A stretch of 64,000 bases of DNA from Klebsormidium nitens (GCA_000708835.1 DF236977.1:62001-126000); one strand, 5' to 3'. Shown: positions 50,401 through 63,208, counted from the first letter of the stretch. The notes: generated by a model not told the origin, from the sequence alone. A program made the numbers and translations.

Positions 50401-52602
50401 GTAATTGTCCTTTCTTCGGCTCAGGCTCCCTCTTGTTTGACGCCAGCAGTCATCGGTCCTCCTTATCAAGCCTTCTTTTGCCCCTCATCCCCGCACTTAA
50501 ACCTCCGGTTCTTGCCCCATGGCCCGAGCCTCCCGTAACCTCCTCTTCCTTCCGTCCAGCACCCTGCGGAGGCCGCCAAGCTGCGCGCCGAGGTAGACAG
50601 CGTTCTGGGGGACCGCGTCCCGACGATCGAGGACATGCGGCGGCTGCGCTACACCACGCGCGTAATCAACGAGGCAATGCGGCTCTACCCGCAGCCCCCC
50701 GTGCTCATCCGGCGAGCCATGGCGCCCGACGAGCTGGGGGGCTTCAAGATCAAGGCGTGAGTAACAATCTGGTGCCCAGCGAAATATCGCTAGGGTAGTT
50801 GCAGGCTCGACTGCGTGCTAAGACTCTTGGTTCAGCTGATGGCTGACGTGTGAATGAGTGGCGGGTCTGGGCCCCAGATCTCGGTAGCTTCTGCTGCTGA
50901 CGTAGTCAACGTGTAAGGCATTGGCGTACGTTAGTTTGGTTGTTATCGAATTGTCTACGAGGCGGTCGGGCCTAGTCTGAGATTGTCACGATACATTATT
51001 CCGTGCAGAGGGCAAGACATCTTCATCTCCACTTGGAACCTGCATCGCTCCCCGGCCATCTGGGACCGCCCGGAAGACTTCGTTCCTGAGCGGTGGCCGC
51101 TGGACGGACCGGACCCGACCGAGACTACCGAGAACTACAGGTCTGGTGACGTCATGCTTGTGGTGCAACCATTCCGTGTCCCGTTGCCGAACTGTTTGTG
51201 AAGCAACAATCTCTAGCTTGAGACCTTCAGAAGGCATGCTGGGGTGCGATACTCATAGAATCAGACGATGAGCTTTTTGTATCATCTTCCTTCCTACGTG
51301 GTAACCATCAAATGCACGGATCGCTTGGTGACCGTGCGACGGACTCTTGACTGTATTGCTACGTCGACTGTGCAGTTACATCCCCTTCGGAGGAGGGCCT
51401 AGGTAAGCTTCGACTTTTGGAGAAGGAAGCCTCCTTCAATGCAAGATGCAAGGTTACTCTGCCGATGGCTTTGACCGGATCGACAAACCAGGATAACTGC
51501 GTCACAACAAAAGTCAGGAAAGTGGGAAGCTCTGAAAGCCTTTGGTTGGGGAGCGCAGTCTGTGTAAAGGCTGAGCTCTGGTGATATTGTGTATCGATGA
51601 CGTGTATCCAAGAAGGCTCATCGCCGTCGGTTGACAGCCTCGACAAGAACGCTCATAATATAAGATGTTTGAAAAATGTCTCCACCTCAAGCTGTGGAGC
51701 AAAAGCAAGACCCAGGCAACATTTTGAAAAGGGGCTGACTGCCTCTCTTATGATTTCAGGAAATGCTTAGGCGACCAGTTTGCACTGTTTGAGGTGAGCT
51801 TTGCTTCTGGAGCGCAACTTCATGTGTGTATGTAACTGCACAAAAGTCCGCTGGATAGTTGCTGCTGACTATTGCATTATTGATCTGACTCCCAGGCTAT
51901 ATTGAGATCTGCGTGACTCCAGTCTGTGGAAGCGAGTGAAAGCGAGTTGGAAGTTCAGGAGTCAGATCATAGCTTAACGTCTGTTTTGCAGTCCGTGGTT
52001 ACCCTGGCGATGCTCACAAGGCGTTTCACCTTCGCTTTGGCTCCGGGAGCTCCAAAGGTAAGTGCGTCACGCGGAATTACTGATGGCATCTGCTTGCCGC
52101 TTTGCATGAAACAACGAAGACTGCTTACATTTCGGCAACGCTGTAACGAGGTCCTATCCAACCGCTTCCCGATCAGCAGGCAGTATGACTGTGTCTGCTG
52201 ATTTTCCACTCCGGCTCGGTGAATTGGGCAGAGCAACAACGACCAAAAAACAAGTGGAAAGTGTCTCGTTCGTTACCAATCAACGATAGCATTGACGGTG
52301 CTTATGGAAAAGCTCCTGCAAATGACAGGGTGTATTGCTCGACTGTCTCCAAGCACCGTGTTCTGTACATGCATATCCCAAATGTGCTTGCTTATCCCAA
52401 GCAGGTGGGAATGACAACGGGAGCGACTATTCACACGACCGACGGACTGCATATGATAGCAACGCCTCGACAACATGGAACCGTAGCTTCAGAGCAGACA
52501 TTGTTGCACGAAGAGAATGGAAAGGCGGATAATGGGCACGCCGGCAATGGGGTGTTCAAGGAAGTCGCAGAGGAGTCGATACCCATGGCAGCAAAGCGAT
52601 GA
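44426..52602 (+). CDS. CYP97A: Cytochrome P450 CYP97A, carotenoid beta-ring hydroxylase (LUT5-like; 14 exons, ~653 aa)
   Basis: Exons 44426-44621, 44937-45081, 45674-45905, 46111-46182, 46642-46752, 47057-47248, 47988-48149, 49645-49842, 50560-50756, 51009-51140, 51376-51402, 51760-51793, 51992-52057, 52405-52602. Motifs [53 protein letters not shown] (heme Cys) and [10 protein letters not shown]. Confidence 0.95.
48930..49690 (+). repeat. Tandem array of six ~127-141 bp copies of the CYP97A intron 7/exon 8 boundary
   Basis: Exon-start homologues at 48972, 49113, 49251, 49390, 49517 and the true exon at 49645, each resembling cag|CGCATGGT(C/T/G)GACGAGGAGGA...GAGTTCCACGA, with spacer motifs gcagaccc and cgcaaacc. 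Confidence 0.9.
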
Positions 52603-55310
52603 CATTGGAAGGTACAGTCAGGTAAGGTGACAAAGACGTTATGCATCATGATAGGCCGTCGCAAACGTCCGGGACAACTCGGTAGACGTGAGGTCTTGCT
52701 CACAAGCATCTAATGATAGAAAACTTGCGAACAATAAATAGATTGAAAGGTGTAACATAATAGCACATTGACCACCATAATCTGCAAACCTCGCAAGCTG
52801 AGAGTCCGAACTTGAGTCCTGAAGCAAGCTGCGTGCGGTGGTTAAATAGGAGGAGGTTACAGGTAAACTTCAGCTGCATGTGATTTCTAAGGGGTTCAAG
52901 AACTCCAGTCGAGCTCGCGCCGCGGCTTGAGACCTAGCAATCATTGCTCGTGCTTCAGATAGATGCTCTTCGAGTCGGAGATCTTCAGATTCGTACACTC
53001 ACACTATGACCGTCCAAGCTGCTAGAAAGATGCTCGAAAGAACCAGCTGTTGGCGCTCGCGCTGCAGGTACGTATTAGTATTATATGGCAAGCTTCTTTG
53101 ATTACGTTGCAAATACTGGGCCCGAGGCTAAACGTTGCATCTCAAAGCACGGCATGTACATACATATCATGATTTAACTAGCTACACAGCCGGTTCAATG
53201 TCAGCAGTTCTCTTATAATAGACCGTCTATTCGAAATATCATCATATCTATACGGGCTGGGCCGCTGCAAGTCAGGTGTGCAACGTTGTGTCATATCTTG
53301 TATCATGCACACCAGATTGCGGATCATGAATGATTTGTTGTATGTGCATCGACGTACAGCCACCAGCAAAATTTGCTGAGTGACTACACCGTATAGGACG
53401 TTCGGTTATAATCGATAGGCTCCTGATAGGGCCTCTTTATCGATCAGCTACTAGTGTCAGTGCTAATAATCTCAAGCTATAGTACCGATCAAGAACAACG
53501 ATTTTCAAGTACTTGTGATACTCTCATGACTGATAAAGTACAATTAACCATGCAAGGCTTGCACAAACATTCAATTGATTTGTTTGCCAACTTCACTAAC
53601 CGTTCCTCAAATTCAAGCACGTGTCTAAATTTTCCAATCCATTGAAGCGTCACGAAGGCTCCATGGCACATCTACATTGAATGATCCGTGGGTTTGAGCA
53701 TACCTATATGCGCACCCAGCTGTAATCAACGGTCTGAGCTTTTTGGCCCTTAGAACCTCCGTGGAACGTGCGTGGAACGATGGAAGACGACAAGGCTATA
53801 CTTGCATACTTGGTCTGTCGATACCTAAAATGATAATTTTCATCACAAAGAAGTCGGGCCGGCTCAGTGACATCTTGTCACTTGACATCAACATCTTGAC
53901 ATCAACAGAGAGAACGATATCTTGTACTGTTGTACACTGTACAGCACTCACAGCACTTGTCAATGCATGAAGCAGTGCCGCCGCACGTTGGTCGGGTGAG
54001 CGTGTCAGGCCTGCTCCGGCCGCCGGGCCCCGGCCTTCGATATGTTCCGATCATGCCCACGTGTCCAAGAACCGAGGTCCTTAACCTTTGGATCAGGATT
54101 AAAATTGACGGTTGCAATGCACCGGTTGACTCTGGACTGTCCGTGCGTGGTAGGTACGTAGGTGCGGTACCTACCTACGTGCTGGTGGTGACGTGACTGG
54201 ATTGAACCGTCCGCCTTCGTCTGCCCCGGTGAATAATACCGGCTGCCCGGGTGGGTCCCTAGGTTGGGTTCGGCAAAGATCGGCAAAAGCTCGCGGAACG
54301 TTGGCCGTTGAGCAGTCGGGACTCAAGGACTCAGGAAGTACGGTGAACTGAATATACCTATTTAAATATCAAACCCGGTAGGAGAGACAACCGCCACCAC
54401 GGTATTGTGACGGTACCTGTTTCAGAAGTTGTACCTACTGGGCACGCTCGGTTCGTGTCGCGTGACGTGGTTCCGACGGTTCCAGGAACCTGGGAGGGCA
54501 ACTGAAGTCCTAGGTACAATTGAGCCTTAGGTATATGTATCGTTACCTTGTGTTAAATCTGACAGCAAAACCAATACAAGTGAGGCTTGCTGAAAGCTTG
54601 TCGAGAAATCACCAAAAGCAAGGCGATCTTGACACCAAAGGTTGGGTGTACTGGTCTCCGCGCAAGGCCTCAGCGCAGCCGACGCCAGCCAGGGACTGCT
54701 TTGAGCCAGGAAACCTCAGCCACAGATGCAAAACGGACAAATGCAGCCGAACTTTTCTTTGGAAATACCTAGATAAGTTGCGGACGCAGGTTTCTCACTT
54801 TTGGTCCAGTAACCACGACAGGCAACTGGGCACTCCGTGTGACATTAGGGTTCTGTTGCAAGCCTGTGACGGTTTTTTTTAAGGGTCGCGACTCGCGCCA
54901 CCCTACTGTGACTGAACTACGATTTAATAGGGGTACTCAATACTAACGGCTCAGACATGTTCTTCGATTTCAGTGTTGGCAAGGCTCCCGGTATTTCTAA
55001 ACAGTGCCCGGTTTGCTAGATTGAACGGTGTCCGCATATTTTTGTCCAAAAGAGAAGTTCGGCTGCTGTGTGCCACAGAACCGTACTCCCAACTTCACAC
55101 TCGGCGTACAGTAGGTGCGGTACACCCTGCACAGCATGTCAGGGACCACAGCTAGCAAATTCGTCAGAACACCTGTGACCTGGTTAGCAAAGTTGTGCTG
55201 CGTGCAGCTTCATGCCAGCCATACGCGAAAGGGAAACATTCGTTGGCCCTGGCGCCAGGAAAAAGCGTAGACGGAGAGCATAGCAGGGAAGCATCAACCG
55301 CAACTGTATC

Positions 55311-58300
55311 ATGGCACTGAGCCACACTGTCTCATCGAACGCGGCAACGAGTGGTAGCCACCTGCAGAAAAGATCTGCCCATCGCTCTGCTTCCAGTGAT
55401 CTACCCCTGCAGAACTCTGTTGGCAGGTCGAGCTCGAGCCCCTTGGTGCAATCCACTGCTTTTGGATCCGTAAGATCTGGATCAGGACTGTCAAGGATCA
55501 GCGCGCATGCAGCTGTAAAGGAGATTAGGAGAGCAGGGGGGTCGAGTAGAAGGGTCAAAGGGACAAATGCAAGGGTGAGACAGCATTGGAAGGATCAGGC
55601 ACAGGAGTCCACTCATGTGTGCCCGCTCTGCCGAGCTGGATCAGGTGCCTGTAATGCCTATGGGACTTCAGCATGGGGCTTTGATTGCAGGAGTGCGTCA
55701 GTAGATCGCAGACAGTCTGCCCTGCGCTGTTCGCCTGACTCACCTAGCGATTCGGTTATAGAAGCGCCCCCACCTCGTAGTAGGCCAGAAGCCCCCACAT
55801 TACAGCCCCCTTTTGACACGTTCGACAACGTCCCTGCCTTCGACAGTCCTTTGCCGGAGACTCATGATGGTGTCTCGAGTTTTGACAGTCCTGGCCTGAC
55901 GCCTGATGCTCACATCCCCCCCTTTGAGGACACCGTTCGGTTGGGTCGAGTGGTTAATACGCCTGGCTTGGATGATCCAAGCTTAGCCCCTGACTATAAT
56001 ATCAAGGATGGCACTAATAGAGAAGGCACAGCTGAGGCTTCCCCTGCCGTCATTAAAGATCGCTTCAGCAGGGGTGTGGAGGAGCCTCTCCGCGCGGAAG
56101 ATGATATCAGCAGGGTTCCGGCGTCGCAAGCGGTGGCAGCAGCTAAGCCTGCGGTGCTGGAGTCACCGGTAGAAGAAGACCTTTTGGATCAGGGGGACTT
56201 ATGGGAGCAGGCCAAGAGGATCATGGCATTTGCAGGTACTATTCGTGACCCCTACGGTTTGATTCCCTCAACATAGAAGTGCTGGTATTACCTGCCTTAT
56301 TTGACCACAGCGGAGTGGTTGAAGAGGCTTGCATGCATCGATGTGACACTTTCTAGCAGAGGTTGGGCCCTACATGTGAAAGTGAGCCGGCCAAGGGATG
56401 AGGAGGAGGATGAATTTTAGAACTGCTGAGTTTGCCGTTTATCACTGCTATTGCTTCTTCGAGCTCCCCAGAAGGTGCCAGACTGTATCTTGATTTTCTC
56501 TGTGGCTATGCGCAGGCCCGGCACTTGGAATCTGGTTGGGTAATCCAACAATGAGTTTGGTAGATACGGCAGTCATTGGGACGGCAAGCTCCTTGGAACT
56601 CGCAGCGCTTGGTAAGCACCACCTTCTTCATGGCAGTCAGTGTTGTTGCCAGATTGCAGTCATCTGGTCGCAACGTCCGGCACAAATCGATCTGTGCTGG
56701 TTCGATTGTCATGCAATTTCTGACTGGTAGCTTAGCTGACTGATTGAACCTTGTTTCTCCTCTCAGGACCTGGGACGGCCCTCTCCGATGGGTTTGGTCA
56801 CCTCTTCATGTTTTTGTCGGTGGCCACGTCGAATCTGATTGCAACTTCGCTCGCCGAGAAGGTACGCAATGTTGCACAACATCCTTGAGCATGGCCATTG
56901 AAGAGACTTGATCGAATGTTACACTTGATGCAATCCTGCTCTTTGCCTTCAGGGGCCCACTAAAGCACATTGTTCCAGCTGTTTGCTGTATTCCTGGATG
57001 CGAGTCTGACCATAAAACTTTGTGCCTTTAACATCAAGTTTGGGTACTGAGCAATTGAACAGGCTCATCATGAGCCCCAACTCCGGCTTTGTACAGGAAA
57101 ATTTTGACATTCCGTACTCATCTGCTGCCTCCTATTCAATGCAGGAGGCAGTGTGTGGAGGCCGGGCAGTACTTTTCATTGCTTGTGGTCTGTAAAGTCT
57201 GACTGAAAGATTGGAGGGGAAAAGGCCTCTCCTTTGAGGGACAGTGTTCTCATTACCTTGTGTATCTTTCGGTTGCGCAGGATCCTGAGGGAGCTGCCCG
57301 ATCCTTATCTCGTGCGCTCTTCATTGCCCTGGTGTGTGGGTTTGGGATCACTGCCATTTGCGAGACGCTGCACACGCCCCTCCTCAAGGCGTTTGTGGGG
57401 AAGAATGTGGGCCTTATTCCCGCTGCCCGCGTCTATGTTCAGGTCAGCAAACGGAACACATGTTTCATTGTGGTCACCTTCCTCTCATTGCTAGTCATGT
57501 CTTTTAGAACATCTCAGTCGTTCTTCTCACCTTATTTGTTTCATGCATCGAATCAAGGTTTGCAGTGATTCTGAATGCCTGTACATTTGACTGTAGACCT
57601 GTGAAACTCACCTTTTCCTCTATTTTTTCCCCTTTTTTTTCCTTTACCTAAGCTGTACTTCCTCAGGAAGTGGTTGCTTTTGTAACCATGCTCCTCAAAA
57701 TTGGCATCACAATCCCCACCTCTCTGCAAGGCAACTGCCGTGTTGTACAGATCCATCAACAATCCTTCACCGTCGATGACCCCCCTGTTTGCAGATTCGC
57801 GGGCTTGCTTGGCCCGCTGTGTTGGTTACCATGGTGGCGCAGAGCGCGTGCCTGGGCATGCAGGACGCGTGGGGCCCTTTGCGGGTGCTCGTGGTTGCTG
57901 CGTCGATCAATTGCCTGGGGGACATCCTCCTGTGCAGCGTGTTGAAGATGGGGATTGCAGGGGCTGCGTGGGCCACAGCCGCCTCGCAGGTGAGTGGACC
58001 CCTTTTCTTGAGTGGTCTTCACTGGACTTCGCTCCCTGTATGAGCGTTGGAGCTACCTTTTCGAAATTGTGGAGTTCGCGACGAAAAGTGAAGCTGCCAA
58101 AACCCCTCTGGCGGCCTCGAATCTGTCGAATCTCGTCTGTGGTACTAGCAACGGGAAGTGGATAAATTGACCCCAATTGGTTGATTGGGCCGACAAGGTT
58201 CTGGTGGTGTCACTTTTGGCAACATTAGGTGGGGTGGACCTGAGATGTAATGCTTTTCGATTCCACAGTTTGTAGGAAGACTTATAGAACAACGAGTACT

Positions 58301-61300
58301 TTGATGATTGTTTCCTTAAGAAAAGCATGTGCGTATAAAGGGCCTGGGGTGAATCCTGACCCGATGCATAGAGCACTCTGAAGAAAGCAACGAGTGTGGT
58401 TTAGTCGTTTGTCAAGAAGCTGACTGCTCCTTCTGCAACTTCCATGAAAAGAACCGCCAGGTGGTTGAGTCTCCCACTCAGCTTCTTATGGTCAGCTCAA
58501 ACCCAGGCTCCTTTCTCTTGTGCAGATTGTTGGGTGCGTGTTGATGCTGCAGAGTTTGCGTAAGCGCAGCACTATTCCGCTGTACCTGTCAGTCCCTCGT
58601 TTTGCGGACCTGGTCACATTCATGTCCATTGCGGGGCCAACGCTAGTAACCATGTTCAGCAAGGTGAGCGGGCGCTGCTGTTATCGTTGGACATGTATTC
58701 GAATCAACAATTGCTTGTTAGCTTGGTAAATAGTTGCTCGGCCCCTTGTTGTTATCCTACTCCTATCAAGCTGAGGTTCAAAGGGTCGTGGTTAACGAGA
58801 GAATCATCATGCTCTGCAACCCAGCAATTAAGGAAAGTTCAGGTCTCAATACTCCATGAAGAAGCCGCTCTATTCCCCGACGATTGGTTTTAAGCGCCGT
58901 TTAAGACAATGGTACTGTTTGGAGTACGATTCGTCTTGGCTGTATCACAACTACGCATTCTGGCGTCATAGTTGGTGTTTCGTTTCAGACGGAAGTTTTG
59001 AGTGAAGTCTTATGCTATATTCTTGTATGCAGGTGTCGTTTTATACGTTGATGACATACGTTTGTACAGCTAACGGCACTGCCACGGGGGCAGGCCATCA
59101 GGTAAGACAATCTCGCTCTTCTTTGCACAGCATGTGGCCAAAGACCTTGCGCTTATCTCTCATCCTCCGAGTCGTTGACCTCCGTGTGTGACTGCCTCCT
59201 TTTCCTGCTCTTTGACCGTGGTCTTGCTGCCGACCCTCACCTTCATGATGCCTACTTTGACGCCTTCGATTGTGTAGGACGGAGCCTTGAGTAGGGGTAA
59301 GAACACTGACCGTCTCAAGCTTCCAAACTCCCTTTAAAATTTGTGCCGAGTGACAGTTTGGACGAGTAATTGGGACCTTCGTCAGAAGCTGCGCGGAACC
59401 GAACCCTCCAATAAGCGTCCCGCTTGCCCCCGCAGGTGATGATCGGACTTTACGCGTTCTTCGCCGTGTTTGGCGAGCCGCTGTGCCAGACGGCGCAGTC
59501 GTTCATCCCCGAGTTCATCCGCGGCGCTAACCGGTCGCTGCACAAGGCGCGCAAGCTGCTGCAGTCGCTCGTGCTCATGGGCGGCCTGCAGGGCCTGGTG
59601 CTAGGGGCGGGGGCGGGCCTCATGCCCTGGGTGCTGCCACAGCTCTTCTCCAACGACGCGGCCGTCATTGATCAGGTAAGCGTGTGATGACGGATTTGAA
59701 GGAATCTGCTGATTCTGAGTTGCGTCTCTGCTGATGGGTGGATTTGAAGGGATTTGAGTCGTAGTGCAGAGCTTTGATCGTAGTTTGCCGATTGTTTTTG
59801 AGTTCTGATGTCAACATATGAGAGCTCTCAAACGATAGAAAATACTCTATAATTAAGATCGCTGTCACATTCTCAACAATCTACATCGGATGGTTGTGCT
59901 ATATTCTTTCAAGTAAGAACCTTCAAAATACGGGTTAAAAGGAGGTTGACCAACGTTGCTGTCTTGCAAAGTGTGCCCCGGGACTCAGCGTGTTCAGATA
60001 GGATCCACTACAGTAGTGGCTGACATTCAATACAAACGATTGCACAGCATCTGCAGTTGTCATCTGCTTGCTGTATTCTGATTCGCGCTGTCTCGTACAG
60101 ATGCGTCGAGCGTCGTTCCAGATTTTTGCTGCTAACACTATCAGCGGGATGAATCTTTCGATGGAGGGCACGCTCTTGGTAAGCTGTTGCATCTCACGCG
60201 TTTTGCGTTCTTTGATCCACTACTAACCCGCCCACTAACCACGCGGTCACCCACCTTCTTTTGTGACCGCAGATGCGTCGCGTGTCTGTCCAGATATTCA
60301 TAGCAGTTGTGCTCACCCCTGTGAATCTGTCCATGGAAGGCACGCTGTTGGTAAGTGCTGCATGCAGGGGCTTAGTTACCGTTGTGAATTATGTCTTTCG
60401 TAGGGCGAGTCGTCAGTCTTACTAGAGAAGTCTTCAGGGATAGCGGTCCTTAGAAACATCACAACAACCAATTCCAAAGAGTAATGTAAGTCCGCCTTCA
60501 CAGGCAGCTTTGCAGCATGTTTCCTAGGGTCTCACAAGAAGAATAGGAAACAGAAAAGTAGCACCTCACGCAGATGACACTTCGTGTGCTGGCGTGGAGA
60601 GTAGGTTGCATATCAACATGTTTCATTCAGAAAGTTTCGGCGAACTCGACTGCAGTTTGTCAGGAGTGAGTGCTACCACAGGGGTCCTGATTGCTGTGAT
60701 CTCGGTTCCTGCAGGCTGGCCGAGATCTTGTTTACCTGGCGATCAGCATGGTCTGCAGTTTCTCCATCATGGCTAGCGCTTTGCTGGTAAGACGGATCTG
60801 TGACAAGCTAGACTTGGTGGCGTTGATGCCAGGGTTTTGCTGTCCTCAACTGGTTGCAATTGCTGTTGTACACGTCGGCAGCTCACATAGACAGCCTTCC
60901 GTTCAGCCGCTTCTGTTGACTTTATTCAGTATTTATTGTCTCTAAGAGCTGCTCTCAGCGCGACCGTTTGCCAGCCAGAAGTTTGTATCTTATGCGGTAA
61001 CGGGTCTGAGACGGTCTGAAATGGTTTCACATACTTGTACAGTTGCAGCGTTTCTTGCTCTGCTTCACTGGTATGGACGGAATGGATTAGTAGCCAGTCA
61101 ATTTGATATGGGCTTTGTGTAAATGACGGGTTTTAAAACTCAGGTGAGCTGTGGCCCTTAACACCTATGGCATTTTTGCAGGTGGGCAGCAAGAGGGGTA
61201 TTGGTTTGGGGGGCATCTGGTGGTGCCTGGTCGGATTCCAATCGGTAAGGCAACAATGGACGATTGGTGTACCTTCTCGGAAGGGGACACATTGGTTTGT

Positions 61301-61599
61301 CAGCCATAAGAGACATCCATGGCCGGGTAACTTTATACTGGAGACTCCTTAGCGTTCTTTCTGCTTCATACGTGCTATTGGTTGTTGACAGTGAAGACTG
61401 AGGGGTAAATTATGTAGATTGCCGTCCGGCAATGTGCAATTTCTCGCACCGCAGGCGGACTCAATGTTATCCTCGGTTCTGCTTGCAGATCCGCTTTGTG
61501 TCAGCATCAATGCGCCTTTCCAACCCAAAGAGCGTCGTTGGTGGTTTGAGGACAAGGAGAACGTCACCGGAGCCCATTCCGGTTGTTATGGGAAAGTGA
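55311..61599 (+). CDS. Plastid MATE efflux transporter, DTX46/EDS5 clade (~747 aa), with duplicated alternative exon 9
   Basis: Exons 55311-56235, 56516-56611, 56767-56861, 57281-57442, 57795-57989, 58526-58663, 59033-59101, 59436-59675, [60101-60178 or 60273-60350], 60715-60786, 61182-61244, 61489-61599. Motifs [51 protein letters not shown] and [10 protein letters not shown]. Confidence 0.93.
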
Positions 61600-62419
61600 T
61601 CCGATCCTTAGCTTGGACATAGACAGTTGGATTGTAGATGGTTGCGCGCCGTCATTCTTTCTGCGTAGCAGGTAAACGGTGATAGTTTAGAGTGCAATCG
61701 TGGGCGGCTCAACCATCTAGTGGGAATTAGTATGCAGGAATGTAGTTGGAAATCGATGTTATCGCTTCCCATTTAGTTTATAGATATGCTGAGAGTTGAA
61801 ACCCTAGTGTAGGTGAACCAGGATGTAGGCTATTGCAGCATCACGGGGGGGGGCTCAGTAGTTGCGTAGGTGATTGCAGGCGTTATAAGCTTGTGCTTCA
61901 GGGGTTGGTTATACTACAAACGCAGAGTGTACAACATTCCGCTTTCAATTGTTTCACTTCTTAGTTTTCGAGTGTGATTTTCACCACCAATCAGGGTACC
62001 CTTACATTGAGTTTCGGGCATCAGTTTCCATATTATCGATTCATATGATGCCCGTACTGACACGAGACCCGAACCTAGGCTAGGCGCATCTGGTGCAACC
62101 ATCATGATGTGGTTTGCATACCTCATCATGTTGTGTGCCATGATTGTGTACGTGCTCGAAGGCTTCATGCAACATGGCGCTTCGAACCTCACATGCAGCC
62201 CGCCCTCATGTTAGCGTACGCGTTTGGACCATGAGCACAAGTGCATAGCTTTTGAATATGTGAAGGACCTTTAAATGCATGATCAATTCGATCCGACCAC
62301 GTCGAATGCATGCATGCAACGTACTGCAATTTATTTAGCATGTTATGACGCGCGCTGCGTGAAAGCGATCAGCCCAGACAAGGCATCATCATGGGGCCCA
62401 TGCGCGGTTACTATATATA

Positions 62420-63208
62420 CACCCCGATTCACAAGTTTTATAACGTGGACTGATTAACCCTACGGGCAATTGAGGCCATTCTCAATTGGTTTCAAAATTT
62501 GGAAAATTAGCCAACCCCTATTATGAGATGTTTGAGGTGCAAGCACCTTGAAAGTTGATGTGAGGTGGCCAATACAAAAATGGCAATAAAATACTAGGAC
62601 ATGTGCCAAATGGCCTTGTTTTTGCCACGAATGGTGGTGACCCTTGTGCGGTAAGGCTCCATTCTTGACACCTCAAATGGATTCTTCTTCCTTCCAATGG
62701 TGCTTTGTGAACACAATGGCTTGTTGTGTTTCCCCATCGGCGTTCGCCGGAAGAACCGTACTCGAAAGCCGGTGGCGGGCGTACAAAGTCACATGTCCGC
62801 CGCGCGAGTTTCGTTGATGATGGAAAGCTTTGCATTTTAAATTCCAGGGGCCTCGTGTTAACCCCAATCCATTGGTAACGGACCGTTTTGCGAAGCACGC
62901 GAGTTTTGCCCATCAAAAAGTGATCCATGCAAAACAGCAAAAACTGCATGGAGTCGGGCTCGAACCCGCGAACCCGCGACCTCGCGCTAGGCGCTCGGAC
63001 GCTCAGCTCGGCTACGGACTACGAGGCAGAGGCGTCAAGAGGCCATGATCTGGCGCAAATGCTGGCACATTGCTGGCCTCATTTATACCATATAGGGTTG
63101 TGCTTAATTTGGTCAGGTCAAAGGACACAACCCAATAATGTGTTAACCGTAACCCGGTGAAGTTGCCACGTCATCCGGGTTAGGTTACAAAACTTGTGAA
63201 TCGAGGTG
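62420..63208. mobile_element. MITE-like element with ~25-bp TIRs and TA target-site duplication (Tc1/mariner-type inferred)
   Basis: Left TA|caccccgattcacaagtttttataac versus reverse complement of right TA|cacctcgattcacaagttttgtaac. TA flanks at 62418-62419 and 63209-63210; no transposase ORF inside. Confidence 0.7.
62950..63025 (-). other. tRNA-derived (SINE-head-like or tRNA pseudogene) fragment inside the MITE
   Basis: The minus strand has an A-box-like TAGCCGAGCTG (63014-63004) and a B box GGTTCGAGCCC (62966-62956) preceded by GAGGTCGCGGG, with an internal 8-nt duplication. It does not fold into a full cloverleaf. Confidence 0.4.

Noticed and set aside
53980-54560. GC-rich, hairpin-rich intergenic segment as a transposon
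   Set aside because: I could not define matching termini or a target-site duplication.
61135-61150. cag|gtgagc juxtaposed acceptor/donor in the MATE intron as a recursive splice site
   Set aside because: The intron is short, the pyrimidine tract is poor, and the motif is expected by chance.
44426-61599. CYP97A plus MATE (with lipase and acyltransferase nearby) as a biosynthetic gene cluster
   Set aside because: These are conserved genes of unrelated pathways; adjacency alone is not evidence of co-regulation.
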